64,000 nt of DNA, taken from NCBI GenBank assembly GCA_910577605.1, contig CAJTON010000007.1, forward strand, positions 2,244 to 66,243, read 5' to 3'. The notes below the pieces were generated by a model. The model worked only from the letters and a program-made list of their open reading frames with translations. It was not told the origin of the DNA and did no database searches. Source of the DNA: an uncultured Butyrivibrio sp. (GTDB taxonomy: Bacteria; Bacillota; Clostridia; Lachnospirales; Lachnospiraceae). Each line of letters begins with the position of its first letter. Within the stretch, counting starts at the first letter, position 1. Below, in pieces: positions 10,671 to 21,818 of this stretch. A program made the position numbers and the translations under genes.

Positions 10671-11909
10671 ATGTATTCATTTGACGAAGTTAAGAATTTT
10701 GACCCGGAGATCGCTGACGCGATAACTCTTGAGACGGGAAGACAGAACGACCATATCGAGCTTATCGCTTCGGAGAATTTTGTGAGTAAGGCGGTCATGT
10801 CCGCTATGGGCAGCACTCTCACGAACAAGTACGCGGAGGGCTATCCCGCCAAAAGATATTACGGCGGCTGCCAGTATGTGGATATTGTCGAGAATCTTGC
10901 GATAGAGCGTGCGAAGAAGCTTTTCGGCTGCGATTACGCGAACGTTCAGCCTCATTCCGGAGCGCAGGCGAATATGGCGGTGTTTTTCGCTATTCTTGAG
11001 CCGGGCGACACATATATGGGAATGAATCTTGCGCACGGCGGACATCTTTCTCACGGCTCGCCCGTAAATATGTCCGGCAAATATTTCAACTGCGTGCCTT
11101 ACGGAGTGAACGACGACGGATTTATAGATTACGACGAGGTCTTAAGGATCGCTAAAGAGTGCAGGCCTAAGATGATACTTGCGGGAGCTAGCGCTTACGC
11201 GCGTAAAATAGATTTCAAGAGATTCCGTGAGATAGCGGACGAGGTCGGAGCTGTGCTGATGGTCGATATGGCGCATATCGCCGGACTTGTGGCTGGCGGA
11301 CAGCATATGAGCCCGATTCCTTACGCGGACGTTGTTACGACTACTACGCACAAGACTTTAAGGGGACCGAGAGGCGGACTTATACTCTGCAATCAGGAGG
11401 CCGCCGACAGGTTCAATTTCAATAAGGCTATTTTCCCCGGAATCCAGGGAGGACCCCTTATGCACGTTATCGCCGCCAAAGCCGTGTGCTTTAAGGAGGC
11501 GCTTGACCCCGGATTTAAGACTTATGCCAAGAATATAGTTGACAATGCTCAGGCGCTTGCTTCGGGACTACTTGACAGGGGCTTTGACCTTGTATCAGGA
11601 GGAACGGACAACCATCTTATGCTAGTTGATTTAAGAAGCAAGGGAGTTACGGGAAAGGCGACAGAGAAGCTTCTCGATACGGTGAATATCACCTGCAACA
11701 AGAACGCCATTCCTAATGATCCGGAGAAGCCTTTTACGACAAGCGGAATAAGGCTCGGCTCGGCGGCGGTCACCACAAGGGGCTTTGACACTGACGATAT
11801 GGTCAAGGTCGCGGAAGCTATTTCACTCGCGGTCACGGACGAGGAGGCCTCCAAAGCGAAAGCGATGGAAATCGTGAAAGCTCTTACGGACGCTCATCCT
11901 CTTTATTGA
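10671..11909 (+). CDS. glyA: Serine hydroxymethyltransferase
   Basis: [29 protein letters not shown]. Confidence 0.97.
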   Translation: MYSFDEVKNFDPEIADAITLETGRQNDHIELIASENFVSKAVMSAMGSTLTNKYAEGYPAKRYYGGCQYVDIVENLAIERAKKLFGCDYANVQPHSGAQANMAVFFAILEPGDTYMGMNLAHGGHLSHGSPVNMSGKYFNCVPYGVNDDGFIDYDEVLRIAKECRPKMILAGASAYARKIDFKRFREIADEVGAVLMVDMAHIAGLVAGGQHMSPIPYADVVTTTTHKTLRGPRGGLILCNQEAADRFNFNKAIFPGIQGGPLMHVIAAKAVCFKEALDPGFKTYAKNIVDNAQALASGLLDRGFDLVSGGTDNHLMLVDLRSKGVTGKATEKLLDTVNITCNKNAIPNDPEKPFTTSGIRLGSAAVTTRGFDTDDMVKVAEAISLAVTDEEASKAKAMEIVKALTDAHPLY

Positions 11910-11923
11910 TCTGTATTAATCAT

Positions 11924-11954
11924 AACGCGGGGACCTTTAACGGCTCCCGCGTTT
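11924..11954. terminator. Hairpin between convergent glyA and membrane protein gene
   Basis: AACGCGGG...CCCGCGTTT inverted repeat. Confidence 0.5.
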
Positions 11955-12347
11955 GTGAATGTCCGGACAAAGCATCTTTTCATAGATCAGCCCGACCGCG
12001 AACCATACGGGAAGATAGTCAAGGCGTACAATGCCGTTTATATTCAGTTTTGCCTTGGAGTAGTCCCACGGGCAGCAGTTGTTTTTCTTGAGTATGGAGC
12101 CTGTCAGAAATTCGGTTGTAAAAATCATAAGTGAATAGATAAGGCCGCGGCAGAAGGTGTTTTGTTTGCGGCTGCACATTTTTTTGCTGACGGGTTCGAT
12201 TATAACTGCGGTAGCGTAGATGGGAAACATCCATATGGAGGTATTGCTCGTAAGTTTTTTGTCTTTTCTTATGGCGGAGCCCATACCGGTCCAGAACACC
12301 TCCATACACCAACCGGTGAGGCCGCACAGTAAATATTTTTTAATCAT
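11937..12347 (-). CDS. Putative ABC-permease-like membrane protein (DUF1113/CmpB-like)
   Basis: GWCMEV, SIWMFPIY, EFLTG, CPWDYS motifs; several TM segments. Confidence 0.7.
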   Translation of the reverse strand: MIKKYLLCGLTGWCMEVFWTGMGSAIRKDKKLTSNTSIWMFPIYATAVIIEPVSKKMCSRKQNTFCRGLIYSLMIFTTEFLTGSILKKNNCCPWDYSKAKLNINGIVRLDYLPVWFAVGLIYEKMLCPDIHKRGSR

Positions 12348-12396
12348 AATGATATAGTTTCTCTTATTGGTCAAAAATTATGCGAAAGGATTTGCA

Positions 12397-13593
12397 ATGG
12401 CAAAAGTTTGGATAAAAAAAGGTGAGGGCCGTTCTTTTAAAGCGGGAGGGCTTTGGATATATGACAATGAGATCGACAGGATAGAAGGGAATTTTGAAAA
12501 CGGAGATATCGTCGAGGCTGTCGATTTTGACGGATATTTTCTCGGAAAAGGCTTTATTAATACAAAATCAAAAATATCGTTGAGGATAATGACAAGAAAG
12601 CGTGACACCGTTATAGATAGAGCGTTTATCGACAGTCTTGTCGGGTCTGCGGTGCAGTACCGCGCCGATACGGTGGACGTCTCGTCGTGCAGGCTTATTT
12701 TTGGTGAGGCTGACGGTTTTCCGGGTCTTGTCGTTGACAAGTTTTCGGACGTGCTGGTGGTTGAATCTCTCGCGCTTGGGATCGACAGAATGAAGGCAGA
12801 TATAATCGAAAGCCTTAAAGCGGAGCTTAAAAGGCGCGGAATGCCAGTTAGAGGCGTATATGAGCGCAGCGACGCGAAGGTCAGGCTTAACGAGGGAATG
12901 GAGCGTGTCAAGGGCTTTATTGGAGAACCTTTTGACACAAAGGTGGAGATCGAAGAAAACGGTGTTAAGTATATAGTGAATGTCGCGGACGGACAGAAAA
13001 CGGGATTCTTCCTTGACCAGAAATATAACAGGGCGGCGGTCGGAAGGCTCTGCGAGGGAGCAAAGGTGCTTGACTGTTTTACGCATACGGGTTCGTTTGC
13101 GCTGAACGCGGCTGTCTGCGGCGCGAAGTCGGTTCTAGGAGCGGACGCTTCGGAGCTTGGAATAGAGCAGGCGCGCGAGAACGCGGTATTGAACGGAGTG
13201 GACGACAGAGTAAGCTTTGTATGCCGGGACGTATTTGAACTTCTGCCGGAACTGGTCGAAAGCGGGGAGCTTTATGACGTCGTCATACTGGACCCGCCGG
13301 CTTTCACGAAATCCAGAAGTTCGGTCAAAAACGCCGTAAAGGGCTATCGGGAGATAAACACAAAGGGCATGAGGCTTGTAAAGGACGGAGGTTATCTTGC
13401 CACCTGTTCGTGCTCTCATTTTATGGAGCAGGAGCTTTTCGCAAGGACGATAGCGGAGGCGGCGCGCGGAGCGCATAAGAGGCTTAGGCAGGTCGAGTTC
13501 AGGACGCAGTCGCCCGACCACCCGATACTTTGGGCGGCGGACGAATCATATTATCTTAAATTTTATATATTTCAGGTGGTAAATGAAAGATAG
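12397..13593 (+). CDS. rlmI: RlmI-like class I SAM-dependent rRNA methyltransferase
   Basis: PUA N-terminus, GQKTGFFLDQ, DCFTHTGSF, ILDPPAF, TCSCS. Confidence 0.82.
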   Translation: MAKVWIKKGEGRSFKAGGLWIYDNEIDRIEGNFENGDIVEAVDFDGYFLGKGFINTKSKISLRIMTRKRDTVIDRAFIDSLVGSAVQYRADTVDVSSCRLIFGEADGFPGLVVDKFSDVLVVESLALGIDRMKADIIESLKAELKRRGMPVRGVYERSDAKVRLNEGMERVKGFIGEPFDTKVEIEENGVKYIVNVADGQKTGFFLDQKYNRAAVGRLCEGAKVLDCFTHTGSFALNAAVCGAKSVLGADASELGIEQARENAVLNGVDDRVSFVCRDVFELLPELVESGELYDVVILDPPAFTKSRSSVKNAVKGYREINTKGMRLVKDGGYLATCSCSHFMEQELFARTIAEAARGAHKRLRQVEFRTQSPDHPILWAADESYYLKFYIFQVVNER

Positions 13594-13642
13594 CAAAAAA
13601 TACCGAGTATGCGCGCGGCTTTGCCTGAAAGTGCAGCTCGTT

Positions 13643-14653
13643 TTATTCCTGCGGCTGGATATAGATAGTCTGTACCGAGGTACCGCTATGGGTGGGTACG
13701 CGGTACAGCGTGGACGAGCCTTGAAGCTGGAAAAAAGTATATTTTGACGTACAGCTTATGGTTTCTATATCGCCGGGCATGATATTAGTGCGGTCGGAGC
13801 CGTCCGTTTTTATGCGGTAAAGCGCGTGCTCGTCGTCATTTTCAGCATAATAGTACACGGTATTTCCGCAGACATTGTAGAGAACGCAGCGGTCGTTGGT
13901 TATAACAGTGCGCCGGTTACTTGACAAGTTCACTTTGGTAAGCGCATAATCATTGTCAAGGTCAATATAGTAAAGCGTATTATCAACATAATTAGCCATG
14001 TATGTGTTGCCGGTCATGTAAAGGGAGGAAAGGCCGTCGGATATATTCATATTGTATATTGAGTGCGAGGACGTTCCGTCCGAAAAAAACAGGCTCCCGT
14101 TAAACACGCTGGCGTGAGAAATATTGTAATCGTAAATAACGCTGCTTTCTCCGCCCCTTATGTCGATGGTGCAGGTCACAAGTTCGGAGTTGCGGTTCGC
14201 GTTATATATAAGAGTATCGCCGGAAACCGCAAGGTCGGTGCAGTAGCCTGAGACAAGAGTGTGGAGCGACGAACCGTTGAATTTACAGCGGGCTATACCG
14301 TACATATCGCCCTTGAAAACAGATGTGTTATCGCTGAAGGAGCCGTTGTCCCTGATATAGTATATGTATTTGCCGGCGGCATTTATGTAGCGCACGCTGT
14401 CTTCGGATATACAGCGTATATCGCTGCAGTCGGCGTTCATGGAATAAAGCTTGTTCCTGTCATAAGGGTTCGCAAAAAACAGTATCCCGTCCGATTCGCA
14501 GAAGAGACCGCCGCTGTTAAGGTTTCCGGCGGAATTACCTATTAAGTCGGAAGGATTTTTAGGAATTTTGCTGGATATATTGTTATAAATCATAATCCCG
14601 GCGAAGATTCCGATTATCAGCCCGGTGATTACGAATAGCAGACCTTTTTTCAT
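13643..14653 (-). CDS. DUF5050-like beta-propeller protein with N-terminal membrane anchor
   Basis: GNSAGNLNSGG motif, repeated YIYY/LYR-DGS blades. Confidence 0.7.
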   Translation of the reverse strand: MKKGLLFVITGLIIGIFAGIMIYNNISSKIPKNPSDLIGNSAGNLNSGGLFCESDGILFFANPYDRNKLYSMNADCSDIRCISEDSVRYINAAGKYIYYIRDNGSFSDNTSVFKGDMYGIARCKFNGSSLHTLVSGYCTDLAVSGDTLIYNANRNSELVTCTIDIRGGESSVIYDYNISHASVFNGSLFFSDGTSSHSIYNMNISDGLSSLYMTGNTYMANYVDNTLYYIDLDNDYALTKVNLSSNRRTVITNDRCVLYNVCGNTVYYYAENDDEHALYRIKTDGSDRTNIMPGDIETISCTSKYTFFQLQGSSTLYRVPTHSGTSVQTIYIQPQE

Positions 14654-14772
14654 ATGAAACGCCACCTTATATCCATATAATATTATTATCCGCTATTTTG
14701 GCTTTTTTTTCAAGCTAAATATGCCCGAATATGGTATTATTTATATTCAGAAAGAGAGATCCGGAGGGAAAA

Positions 14773-15909
14773 ATGTTTGTAGATTTACAGGAGTCGAGAG
14801 AACAGATAGACAAAATCGACAGTCAGATAGTCGAGCTGTTTGAGCGGAGAATGCGCGTCGCGTCGAATGTCGCGGATTATAAGATGGCTACGGGCAAACC
14901 TGTTTTTGACAGGGAAAGGGAGAATCAGAAAATCGAAAAGCTGTCTGACATGACAGAGGATGTTTTCAACAAAAAATGCGTAGCGGAGCTTTTTACACAG
15001 ATAATGGCTATGAGCCGCAAGCTTCAGTACAAAAAGCTGGAAACGGCATCTGAGGATTCAATGCTTGAGCGCTACGAGGTGGTGGACAGGCTTGCGTCGG
15101 AGAATGCGCGAGTCGTCTATCAGGGGGTGCCGGGTGCATACAGCCATGAGGCTATGACGGGATATTTCGGCAGCGGAGTTAACAGCGTCAATGTCGAGAG
15201 TTTCAGGGAGGCTATGCAGAAGGTCGCGTCGGGCGAGGCGGATTACGGCGTTATCCCGATAGACAATTCCTCGGCGGGCATGGTCAGCGATACCTACGAC
15301 CTGCTTCAGGAGTACAGCAATTATATCGTTGCCGAGACTTTTCTGAAAATAGAGCACTGTCTTCTGGTGAAGCCGGGCGCCGATATAAAAGGAATAAAAC
15401 GTGTATATTCTCACCCGCAGGCGCTTATGCAGTGCGCCAAATTCCTTGATATGCATAAGGGCTGGGTCCGCGAAAGCTATCCGAATACCGCGATGAGCGC
15501 GAAAAAGATCGCGGAGGAGAACGATTTTGAGCAGGCGGCCATCGGCTCTCCCAACTGCGCGAAGGAGTACGGTCTTGAAATCGCGGCTCGCGGAATTAAT
15601 TCCGCGAGCGCCAACACGACAAGGTTTATAATTGTCAGCTCAAGGAGGGCGTTTGTGAGAAACGCCTCCAAGGTCAGTATATGCTTTGAGATAGACCACA
15701 GGGCGGGGAGCCTTTACGGAATACTTTCGCACATAATGTTCAACGGACTGAATATGACTAAGATCGAGTCGCGCCCGATACCCGAGCATAACTGGGAGTT
15801 CAGGTTTTTTATCGATTTTGACGGAAACCTTGCGGACGCGGGGGTGCGAAACGCGCTGAGGGGAATAGCCGAGGAGTCAAATGCGCTCAAGATTCTCGGC
15901 AATTATTAA
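14773..15909 (+). CDS. pheA: Chorismate mutase/prephenate dehydratase
   Basis: CM domain (REQIDKID), YQGVPGAYS, SHPQALMQC, NTTRF, KIESRP ACT. Confidence 0.94.
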   Translation: MFVDLQESREQIDKIDSQIVELFERRMRVASNVADYKMATGKPVFDRERENQKIEKLSDMTEDVFNKKCVAELFTQIMAMSRKLQYKKLETASEDSMLERYEVVDRLASENARVVYQGVPGAYSHEAMTGYFGSGVNSVNVESFREAMQKVASGEADYGVIPIDNSSAGMVSDTYDLLQEYSNYIVAETFLKIEHCLLVKPGADIKGIKRVYSHPQALMQCAKFLDMHKGWVRESYPNTAMSAKKIAEENDFEQAAIGSPNCAKEYGLEIAARGINSASANTTRFIIVSSRRAFVRNASKVSICFEIDHRAGSLYGILSHIMFNGLNMTKIESRPIPEHNWEFRFFIDFDGNLADAGVRNALRGIAEESNALKILGNY

Positions 15910-15940
15910 GGAGCGCAATTTATTACAGGGAGATTTGCTT

Positions 15941-17218
15941 ATGGATAGGTATGATTTGCTTTTGTACGGGAAAAAATGGGATAAAAACGTTATTGACACT
16001 ATGTTTGAGCTGGCGGGAGGACGCTTCGCGTCAAAGGGAGATATGCAGGCTTCGGTCAATTCATGTATCGGACATATACTTGAGCTTTCCGAAAAAATGG
16101 GCTTCAAGGGCAATCTGTGGCAGGATTATATAGCTTATCTTATCGCTTTTGACGAGAACGCGTTCAGCATTTCCTGCGAGAGACGGGGATATGTACCGGG
16201 CGGGATAAACAGGGCGGCTATGCTTGATTTTGAAGTGCTTCGCGAGCTTTTTGGCGTGGATCTGCGGGATTTTGACAGCGAAAACGACACCTGTCTGTCG
16301 ATTCTGCTGGATTTTGAGAATAATAATGAAACGGAGAAGTATTTTAATAAGAGGATACGCGACAGGATAATAAAGCTTGCCTCGGCGCTTGCGGCGTCGG
16401 ACAGCACGGAGAAATTCTTTGACGCGGTTTGCGCTTTTTATAGAGAAATAGGCGTAGGCTGCCTCGGAATGTTCAAGGCGTTTCGGATAGGACAGGAGGG
16501 GACGGAGCTTGAACCTGTCATAAGCACGGAGCATATAAGGCTTTCGCATCTTATCGGATACGAGCTGCAGAAAAAGAAGCTGACCGACAACACCGAGGCG
16601 TTTCTTGCCGGAAGAAGCGCGAATAACGTGCTGCTTTTCGGCGATAGCGGGACTGGCAAATCCTCAAGCATAAAAGCTCTGCTCAACGAATATTATGACA
16701 GGGGCTTAAGGATGGTAGAGATCTATAAGCATCAGTTCAAGCAGCTTTCCTCCGTGATAAATCAGATAAAGGACAGGAACTATAAATTTATAATTTTTAT
16801 GGACGATCTGTCTTTTGAGGAATTTGAGATAGAATATAAGTATCTCAAGGCGGTTATCGAGGGAGGGCTTGAGAAGAAGCCGGATAACGTGCTGATCTAC
16901 GCGACCTCCAACAGACGGCACCTTGTGCGGGAGAAATTTTCCGACAAGGAGGAAACGGACGACGAGATCCATTCAAGGGATACGGTACAGGAGAAGCTTT
17001 CCCTTGCGTCGCGTTTCGGGGTGTCGATTTATTACGGTTCTCCGGATAAAAAACAGTTTAACGAGATCGTGAGAAAAATAGCCCTCAGAAATAATATAGA
17101 TGTAGACGAGGAAGAGCTTCTTTCCGAGGCGAACAAGTGGGAGCTTTCACACGGCGGGCTGTCGGGAAGGACGGCTCAGCAGTTTATCAATTATCTCGGA
17201 AGCAATTATGAAGTATGA
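15941..17218 (+). CDS. DUF815 family AAA+ ATPase
   Basis: NNVLLFGDSGTGKSS, FMDDLSFE, YATSNRRHL, EKLSLASRFG, SGRTA. Confidence 0.88.
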   Translation: MDRYDLLLYGKKWDKNVIDTMFELAGGRFASKGDMQASVNSCIGHILELSEKMGFKGNLWQDYIAYLIAFDENAFSISCERRGYVPGGINRAAMLDFEVLRELFGVDLRDFDSENDTCLSILLDFENNNETEKYFNKRIRDRIIKLASALAASDSTEKFFDAVCAFYREIGVGCLGMFKAFRIGQEGTELEPVISTEHIRLSHLIGYELQKKKLTDNTEAFLAGRSANNVLLFGDSGTGKSSSIKALLNEYYDRGLRMVEIYKHQFKQLSSVINQIKDRNYKFIIFMDDLSFEEFEIEYKYLKAVIEGGLEKKPDNVLIYATSNRRHLVREKFSDKEETDDEIHSRDTVQEKLSLASRFGVSIYYGSPDKKQFNEIVRKIALRNNIDVDEEELLSEANKWELSHGGLSGRTAQQFINYLGSNYEV

Positions 17219-17232
17219 CAGAGGTGTGACAT

Positions 17233-18759
17233 ATGGCGGTTACGACATTTGCGGCGATAGATATCGGCTCCTACGAAGTGGAGATGGTGATCTATGAAAT
17301 CGGTACAAAAGGAATAAAGCAGCTGGACCATGTGCGGCATATCATCGCGCTTGGCAGCGATACCTACAAAAACAAGTCGGTGAGCTATAAGCTCGTGGAC
17401 GAGCTTTGCGAGGTCCTGTACGATTTTGTAAAAATGATGAGCACATACAGGGTGCGGGACTGCAGGATCTTTGCGACCAGCGCGATAAGGGAATCCGGCA
17501 ACGCGCTCAATATAATAGACAGAATAAAGGTGCGCACAGGTCTTGACGTGGAGATATTCAGCAATTCGGAGCAGCGTCTTATCATGTACGAGGCTGTAGC
17601 GTCGCGCAGGGACGGCTTCAATTCGCTGATAGAAAAGGGCGTGGCTATGGCGGACGTCGGCTCCGGAAGCTCGCAGGTATCGCTCTTTGACCACGGTTCC
17701 CTCATAACGACGCAGAACGTGCGTCTCGGAGCGATGCGCGTAAACGAAAAGCTTGAGGATATTCTTCAGAATTCCGCGAGCGATCTGTCGATAATGGAGG
17801 AGTATATCGACACGGATATAGAGGTGCTGAAGCATCTTTTCATAAAGGAGCGCAAAATAGAATGCCTTATCGCGGTGGGCGACGGCATCAACTGGTTCAT
17901 GAGCCGCATAGGTGAGGACAGGAGCAAGGAATATTATACAAGGGACGAATTTATAGAGATATATCACCGTTTTTATCTTATGGGAAATTCGGCTGAGAGG
18001 CTCGGCATTTCAAAAGAGTTTGCCGAGGTGATACTGCCGAGTATAATGATTTACAAAAAAATACTCGACGTAACGGACGCGCAGACCTTATGGATACCCG
18101 GAGTTAGACTCTGCGACGGGATCGCCGCGGAGTACGCTGTGAAGGTGAAGAAGACCGAGGTTTTCGACCACGATTTTACGGCGGATATTCTTGCGGCGGC
18201 TAGAAATATTTCCAAGAGGTATTCGTGGAACAAGGAGCATGTCAAATTTGTCGAGAAGAATTCGCTCGCGGTTTTTGACGCCGCCAAAAAGATACACGGA
18301 CTTGGCAAGAGGGAGCGGCTTCTTTTGCAGATCGCGTGCATACTGCACGACTGCGGACAGTATATCAGTATGCTTTATCCCGCGGAATGCTCGTACAATA
18401 TCGTTATGTCGACCGAAATAATCGGGCTTTCGCATCTCGAGCGCGAGATAGTCGCCAATATCGTAAAATATACCACGATAGATTTTGACGCCAGCCATGA
18501 GCTTGCGGCGGTGATGGACAGCGAGGCTTATCTCACTGTATCGAAGCTTACCGCGATAATAAAGATCGGCAATACTCTTGACCGCGGTCACAGACAGAAA
18601 TTCAGGAACAGCACATACGAGGTCAAGGACAGGGAGCTGAGGATCACTGCCCGCACTTTTGAGGATATTACGATAGAGAAGGGTCTGCTCTGCGGCGGAA
18701 TAACCTTGTTTGAACAGGTATACGGACTGAAGCCGGTCATCATACAGAAAAGAAGATAG
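17233..18759 (+). CDS. ppx: Ppx/GppA exopolyphosphatase with C-terminal HD domain
   Basis: AAIDIGS, ATSAIRE, DVGSGS, LHDCG; adjacent to ppk1. Confidence 0.88.
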   Translation: MAVTTFAAIDIGSYEVEMVIYEIGTKGIKQLDHVRHIIALGSDTYKNKSVSYKLVDELCEVLYDFVKMMSTYRVRDCRIFATSAIRESGNALNIIDRIKVRTGLDVEIFSNSEQRLIMYEAVASRRDGFNSLIEKGVAMADVGSGSSQVSLFDHGSLITTQNVRLGAMRVNEKLEDILQNSASDLSIMEEYIDTDIEVLKHLFIKERKIECLIAVGDGINWFMSRIGEDRSKEYYTRDEFIEIYHRFYLMGNSAERLGISKEFAEVILPSIMIYKKILDVTDAQTLWIPGVRLCDGIAAEYAVKVKKTEVFDHDFTADILAAARNISKRYSWNKEHVKFVEKNSLAVFDAAKKIHGLGKRERLLLQIACILHDCGQYISMLYPAECSYNIVMSTEIIGLSHLEREIVANIVKYTTIDFDASHELAAVMDSEAYLTVSKLTAIIKIGNTLDRGHRQKFRNSTYEVKDRELRITARTFEDITIEKGLLCGGITLFEQVYGLKPVIIQKRR

Positions 18760-18770
18760 GAGGAAGGATA

Positions 18771-20894
18771 ATGGCAGATAATCAGAAAGAATACGGCGCG
18801 GAATATTTTTTTAACAGGGAGCTGTCATGGATAGAATTTAACGCGAGAGTTCTGGCGGAGGCTAGGGATAAGTCCAATCCTCTTTTTGAAAGACTGAAAT
18901 TTTTGAGTATAACCGCCTCCAATTTTGACGAGTTTTTTATGATAAGAGTGGCGTCCTTAAAGGATATGGTGAACGCGGGCTACGATAAAAAGGATATATC
19001 GGGAATGAAGCCGCAAAAGCAGCTTGACGCTATCCTTTCAAGGGTGCATGATTTCGTGAACACGCAGTATTCGACTTATAACCGTTCGCTCCTTCCCCAG
19101 CTGAAAAGCAGCGGACTTACCATACTTGGCGGCTTTGAGGATATGACGGAGGAACAGAAAATATTCTGCGACAGGTATTTTATGGAGGAGGTCTATCCGG
19201 TGCTCACGCCGATGGCGGTGGACTCCTCAAGACCTTTTCCGCTTATACGCAACAAATCTCTCAATATCGCCGCGCTCCTTAAAAAGAAAAACGGCGACGA
19301 GGAGCTGGAGTTTGCCACGGTGCAGGTGCCTCAGGGACTTCCCCGCTTCGTGGAGCTGCCTGAAAGCGACGGGATGCGCTGCGTTATCCTGCTTGAAAAT
19401 ATCATAGAGAAATATGTGGATAAGCTTTTCCTCAACTATGATATAATCACCTATTCGCCTTACCGCGTAATGCGAAACGCGGATCTGGATATAGAGGAGG
19501 ACGAGGCGGCGGACCTTTTAAAGGAAATAGAGCGCCAGATAAAGAAGCGCCAGTGGGGAGAGGCTATACGTCTTGAGATTCAGGATAAAATGGATAAGCG
19601 TCTTCTTAAAATATTAAAGAAAGAATTAAAGATCGAGGACAGCTCGATCTACGAGATCAACGGACCGCTTGACCTTACTTTCCTTATGAAGCTTTACGGT
19701 CTTGACGGATTTGATTCGCTGAAGGAAAAGGCTCATGTGCCGCAGCCTGTTCCTGAGCTTGCGGCGGGCGGAAATATTTTTGACGCGATACGACGGGGGG
19801 ATATTCTTATGCATCACCCTTATCAGAGTTTTGAGCCTGTCGTCGATTTTGTGCGTCAGGCGGCGAACGACCCTAAGGTGCTTGCAATAAAGCAGACGCT
19901 TTACCGTGTCAGCGGAAATTCTCCTATAATCGCTTCGCTCGCGAGAGCGGCTGAGAACGGCAAACAGGTGTCGGTACTTGTTGAGCTAAAGGCGCGATTC
20001 GATGAGGAAAACAATATAATATGGGCGCGCAAGCTTGAGCAGGCGGGCTGCCATGTCATATACGGTCTTGTCGGACTCAAGACGCACTGCAAAATAACGC
20101 TGGTCGTGCGCCGCGAGGAGGAAGGCATAAGGCGTTATGTGCATCTTGGCACAGGCAATTACAACGACTCCACCGCCAAGCTTTATACGGACCTCGGTAT
20201 GTTTACATGCAGCCAGCCGATAGGAGAGGACGCGACCGCCGTGTTCAATATGCTTTCGGGCTATTCGGAGCCTTTGGGCTGGAACCGGCTTTCGCTTGCT
20301 CCGCTTTGGCTGCGCGACCGTTTTCTTTATCTCATTAACCGTGAAAAAGAACACGCCCTTGAGGGAAGGGACGCATATATAATCGCCAAAATGAATTCGC
20401 TCTGCGACAAAAAAATCATCTCCGCCCTTTACGACGCTTCGCGCGCCGGAGTGAATATCCGCCTTATAGTCAGGGGCATATGCTGTCTTGTTCCCGGAAT
20501 CGAGGGAGTGAGCGAGAATATAGAAGTGCGCTCCATCGTCGGGACATATCTTGAGCACAGCCGTATTTTCTGCTTCGGCAACAACGGTCAGGAGGAGATC
20601 TATATGGGCAGCTGCGACTGGATGCCTAGAAATCTTGACCGCCGCGTGGAGATACTTTTTCCCGTCGAAAACAGGCAGCTAAAGGAGAGCGTGCGTCATA
20701 TCCTCGACGTGCAGCTTGCCGACAATGTGAAAAGCCGTTTCCTGGGTAAAAACGGCGATTACGCAAAGCAGCCGCGCACCGGCTCAAAGAAGGTTATCTC
20801 GCAGAAGGTGTTCTGCGCGGAGGCGGACGCTTTGGTAAAAAATGACGAAGAAGCGGAAGGGAACACGAGAGTTTTTATCCCGCTTGAGAAATAA
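18771..20894 (+). CDS. ppk1: Polyphosphate kinase 1
   Basis: FNRELSW, HHPYQSF, ELKARFDE, KTHCK, HLGTGNYN, LEHSR, RNLDRRVE. Confidence 0.96.
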   Translation: MADNQKEYGAEYFFNRELSWIEFNARVLAEARDKSNPLFERLKFLSITASNFDEFFMIRVASLKDMVNAGYDKKDISGMKPQKQLDAILSRVHDFVNTQYSTYNRSLLPQLKSSGLTILGGFEDMTEEQKIFCDRYFMEEVYPVLTPMAVDSSRPFPLIRNKSLNIAALLKKKNGDEELEFATVQVPQGLPRFVELPESDGMRCVILLENIIEKYVDKLFLNYDIITYSPYRVMRNADLDIEEDEAADLLKEIERQIKKRQWGEAIRLEIQDKMDKRLLKILKKELKIEDSSIYEINGPLDLTFLMKLYGLDGFDSLKEKAHVPQPVPELAAGGNIFDAIRRGDILMHHPYQSFEPVVDFVRQAANDPKVLAIKQTLYRVSGNSPIIASLARAAENGKQVSVLVELKARFDEENNIIWARKLEQAGCHVIYGLVGLKTHCKITLVVRREEEGIRRYVHLGTGNYNDSTAKLYTDLGMFTCSQPIGEDATAVFNMLSGYSEPLGWNRLSLAPLWLRDRFLYLINREKEHALEGRDAYIIAKMNSLCDKKIISALYDASRAGVNIRLIVRGICCLVPGIEGVSENIEVRSIVGTYLEHSRIFCFGNNGQEEIYMGSCDWMPRNLDRRVEILFPVENRQLKESVRHILDVQLADNVKSRFLGKNGDYAKQPRTGSKKVISQKVFCAEADALVKNDEEAEGNTRVFIPLEK

Positions 20895-20966
20895 TTATAG
20901 AAAAAAATATGCCGCGCCGTTCTTTGACAAAGAGCCGCGCGGTATAATATTGTCCGGAAGCTAATA

Positions 20967-21818
20967 TTACGTAAAGTCCCGGCTTTCTGCCCGTAAAGCC
21001 TCCATATAGGACGCGCTTATGCATAGATTGCCGCAGCCGTTTCCCAGACTGATATGAGGCTTGTTTGCGCCGTGGAAATCCGAGCCTCCCGATTCAAGCA
21101 ATCCGAATTCGCGCGCGAGCTTACGGACGTTAAGCTCGTCGAAGCCGCGGTAGGTGGAGTACATGGTCTCGATTCCGGTAAGTCCGAGGCTTTTAAGCTC
21201 CGAGCAAAGTGCGCGCAGTTCACCCGAAGTCAGTCTGTAGAGCAGAGGGTGAGCCAGAACGGACACTCCGCCCGCCGTTTGTATAAGGCTTATCGCCTCC
21301 TTTGGATCTTTAAGCTCCTTCGGGACGTAAAGAGGCATTCCCTGACCGAGGTATTTGGAAAAAGCCTCGGCATTGTCTTTGACATATCCTTTTTTCACCA
21401 TGTATGAGGCAAAATGGGCTCTTGTGATAATACTGCCGGGAAACATGGAACGGATTTCATCTATATTCGCGGGAAAGCCGTATTCATTAAAGCGCTCGAC
21501 AAGCTCAAGGTTGCGGCGTTTTCGGCGATCCGTCTCGCTGCCTAGCGCGCTTACGAAATTTTTATCCGTATAGTCCAGAAAAAGACCTACGATATGGATC
21601 TCCTTGTCCTTGTAGCAGGTGCTTATCTCTATTCCCGGAACGACCTCTATTCCACAGGCGGTTCCGGCGGCGATAGCCTCCGGTACGCCGGAAACGGTGT
21701 CGTGGTCGGTGAGCGCGAAGGCTAAAAGTCCTGCTTTTTTAGCCTCCTTTACAAGTTCGGAAGGCGACAGAGTGCCGTCGGAGGCGTTGGAATGTACGTG
21801 CAAGTCTACTATATTCAT
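20967..21818 (-). CDS. PHP domain phosphoesterase
   Basis: DLHVHSNASDG, LTDHDT, LAHP, GGSDFHG. Confidence 0.9.
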   Translation of the reverse strand: MNIVDLHVHSNASDGTLSPSELVKEAKKAGLLAFALTDHDTVSGVPEAIAAGTACGIEVVPGIEISTCYKDKEIHIVGLFLDYTDKNFVSALGSETDRRKRRNLELVERFNEYGFPANIDEIRSMFPGSIITRAHFASYMVKKGYVKDNAEAFSKYLGQGMPLYVPKELKDPKEAISLIQTAGGVSVLAHPLLYRLTSGELRALCSELKSLGLTGIETMYSTYRGFDELNVRKLAREFGLLESGGSDFHGANKPHISLGNGCGNLCISASYMEALRAESRDFT

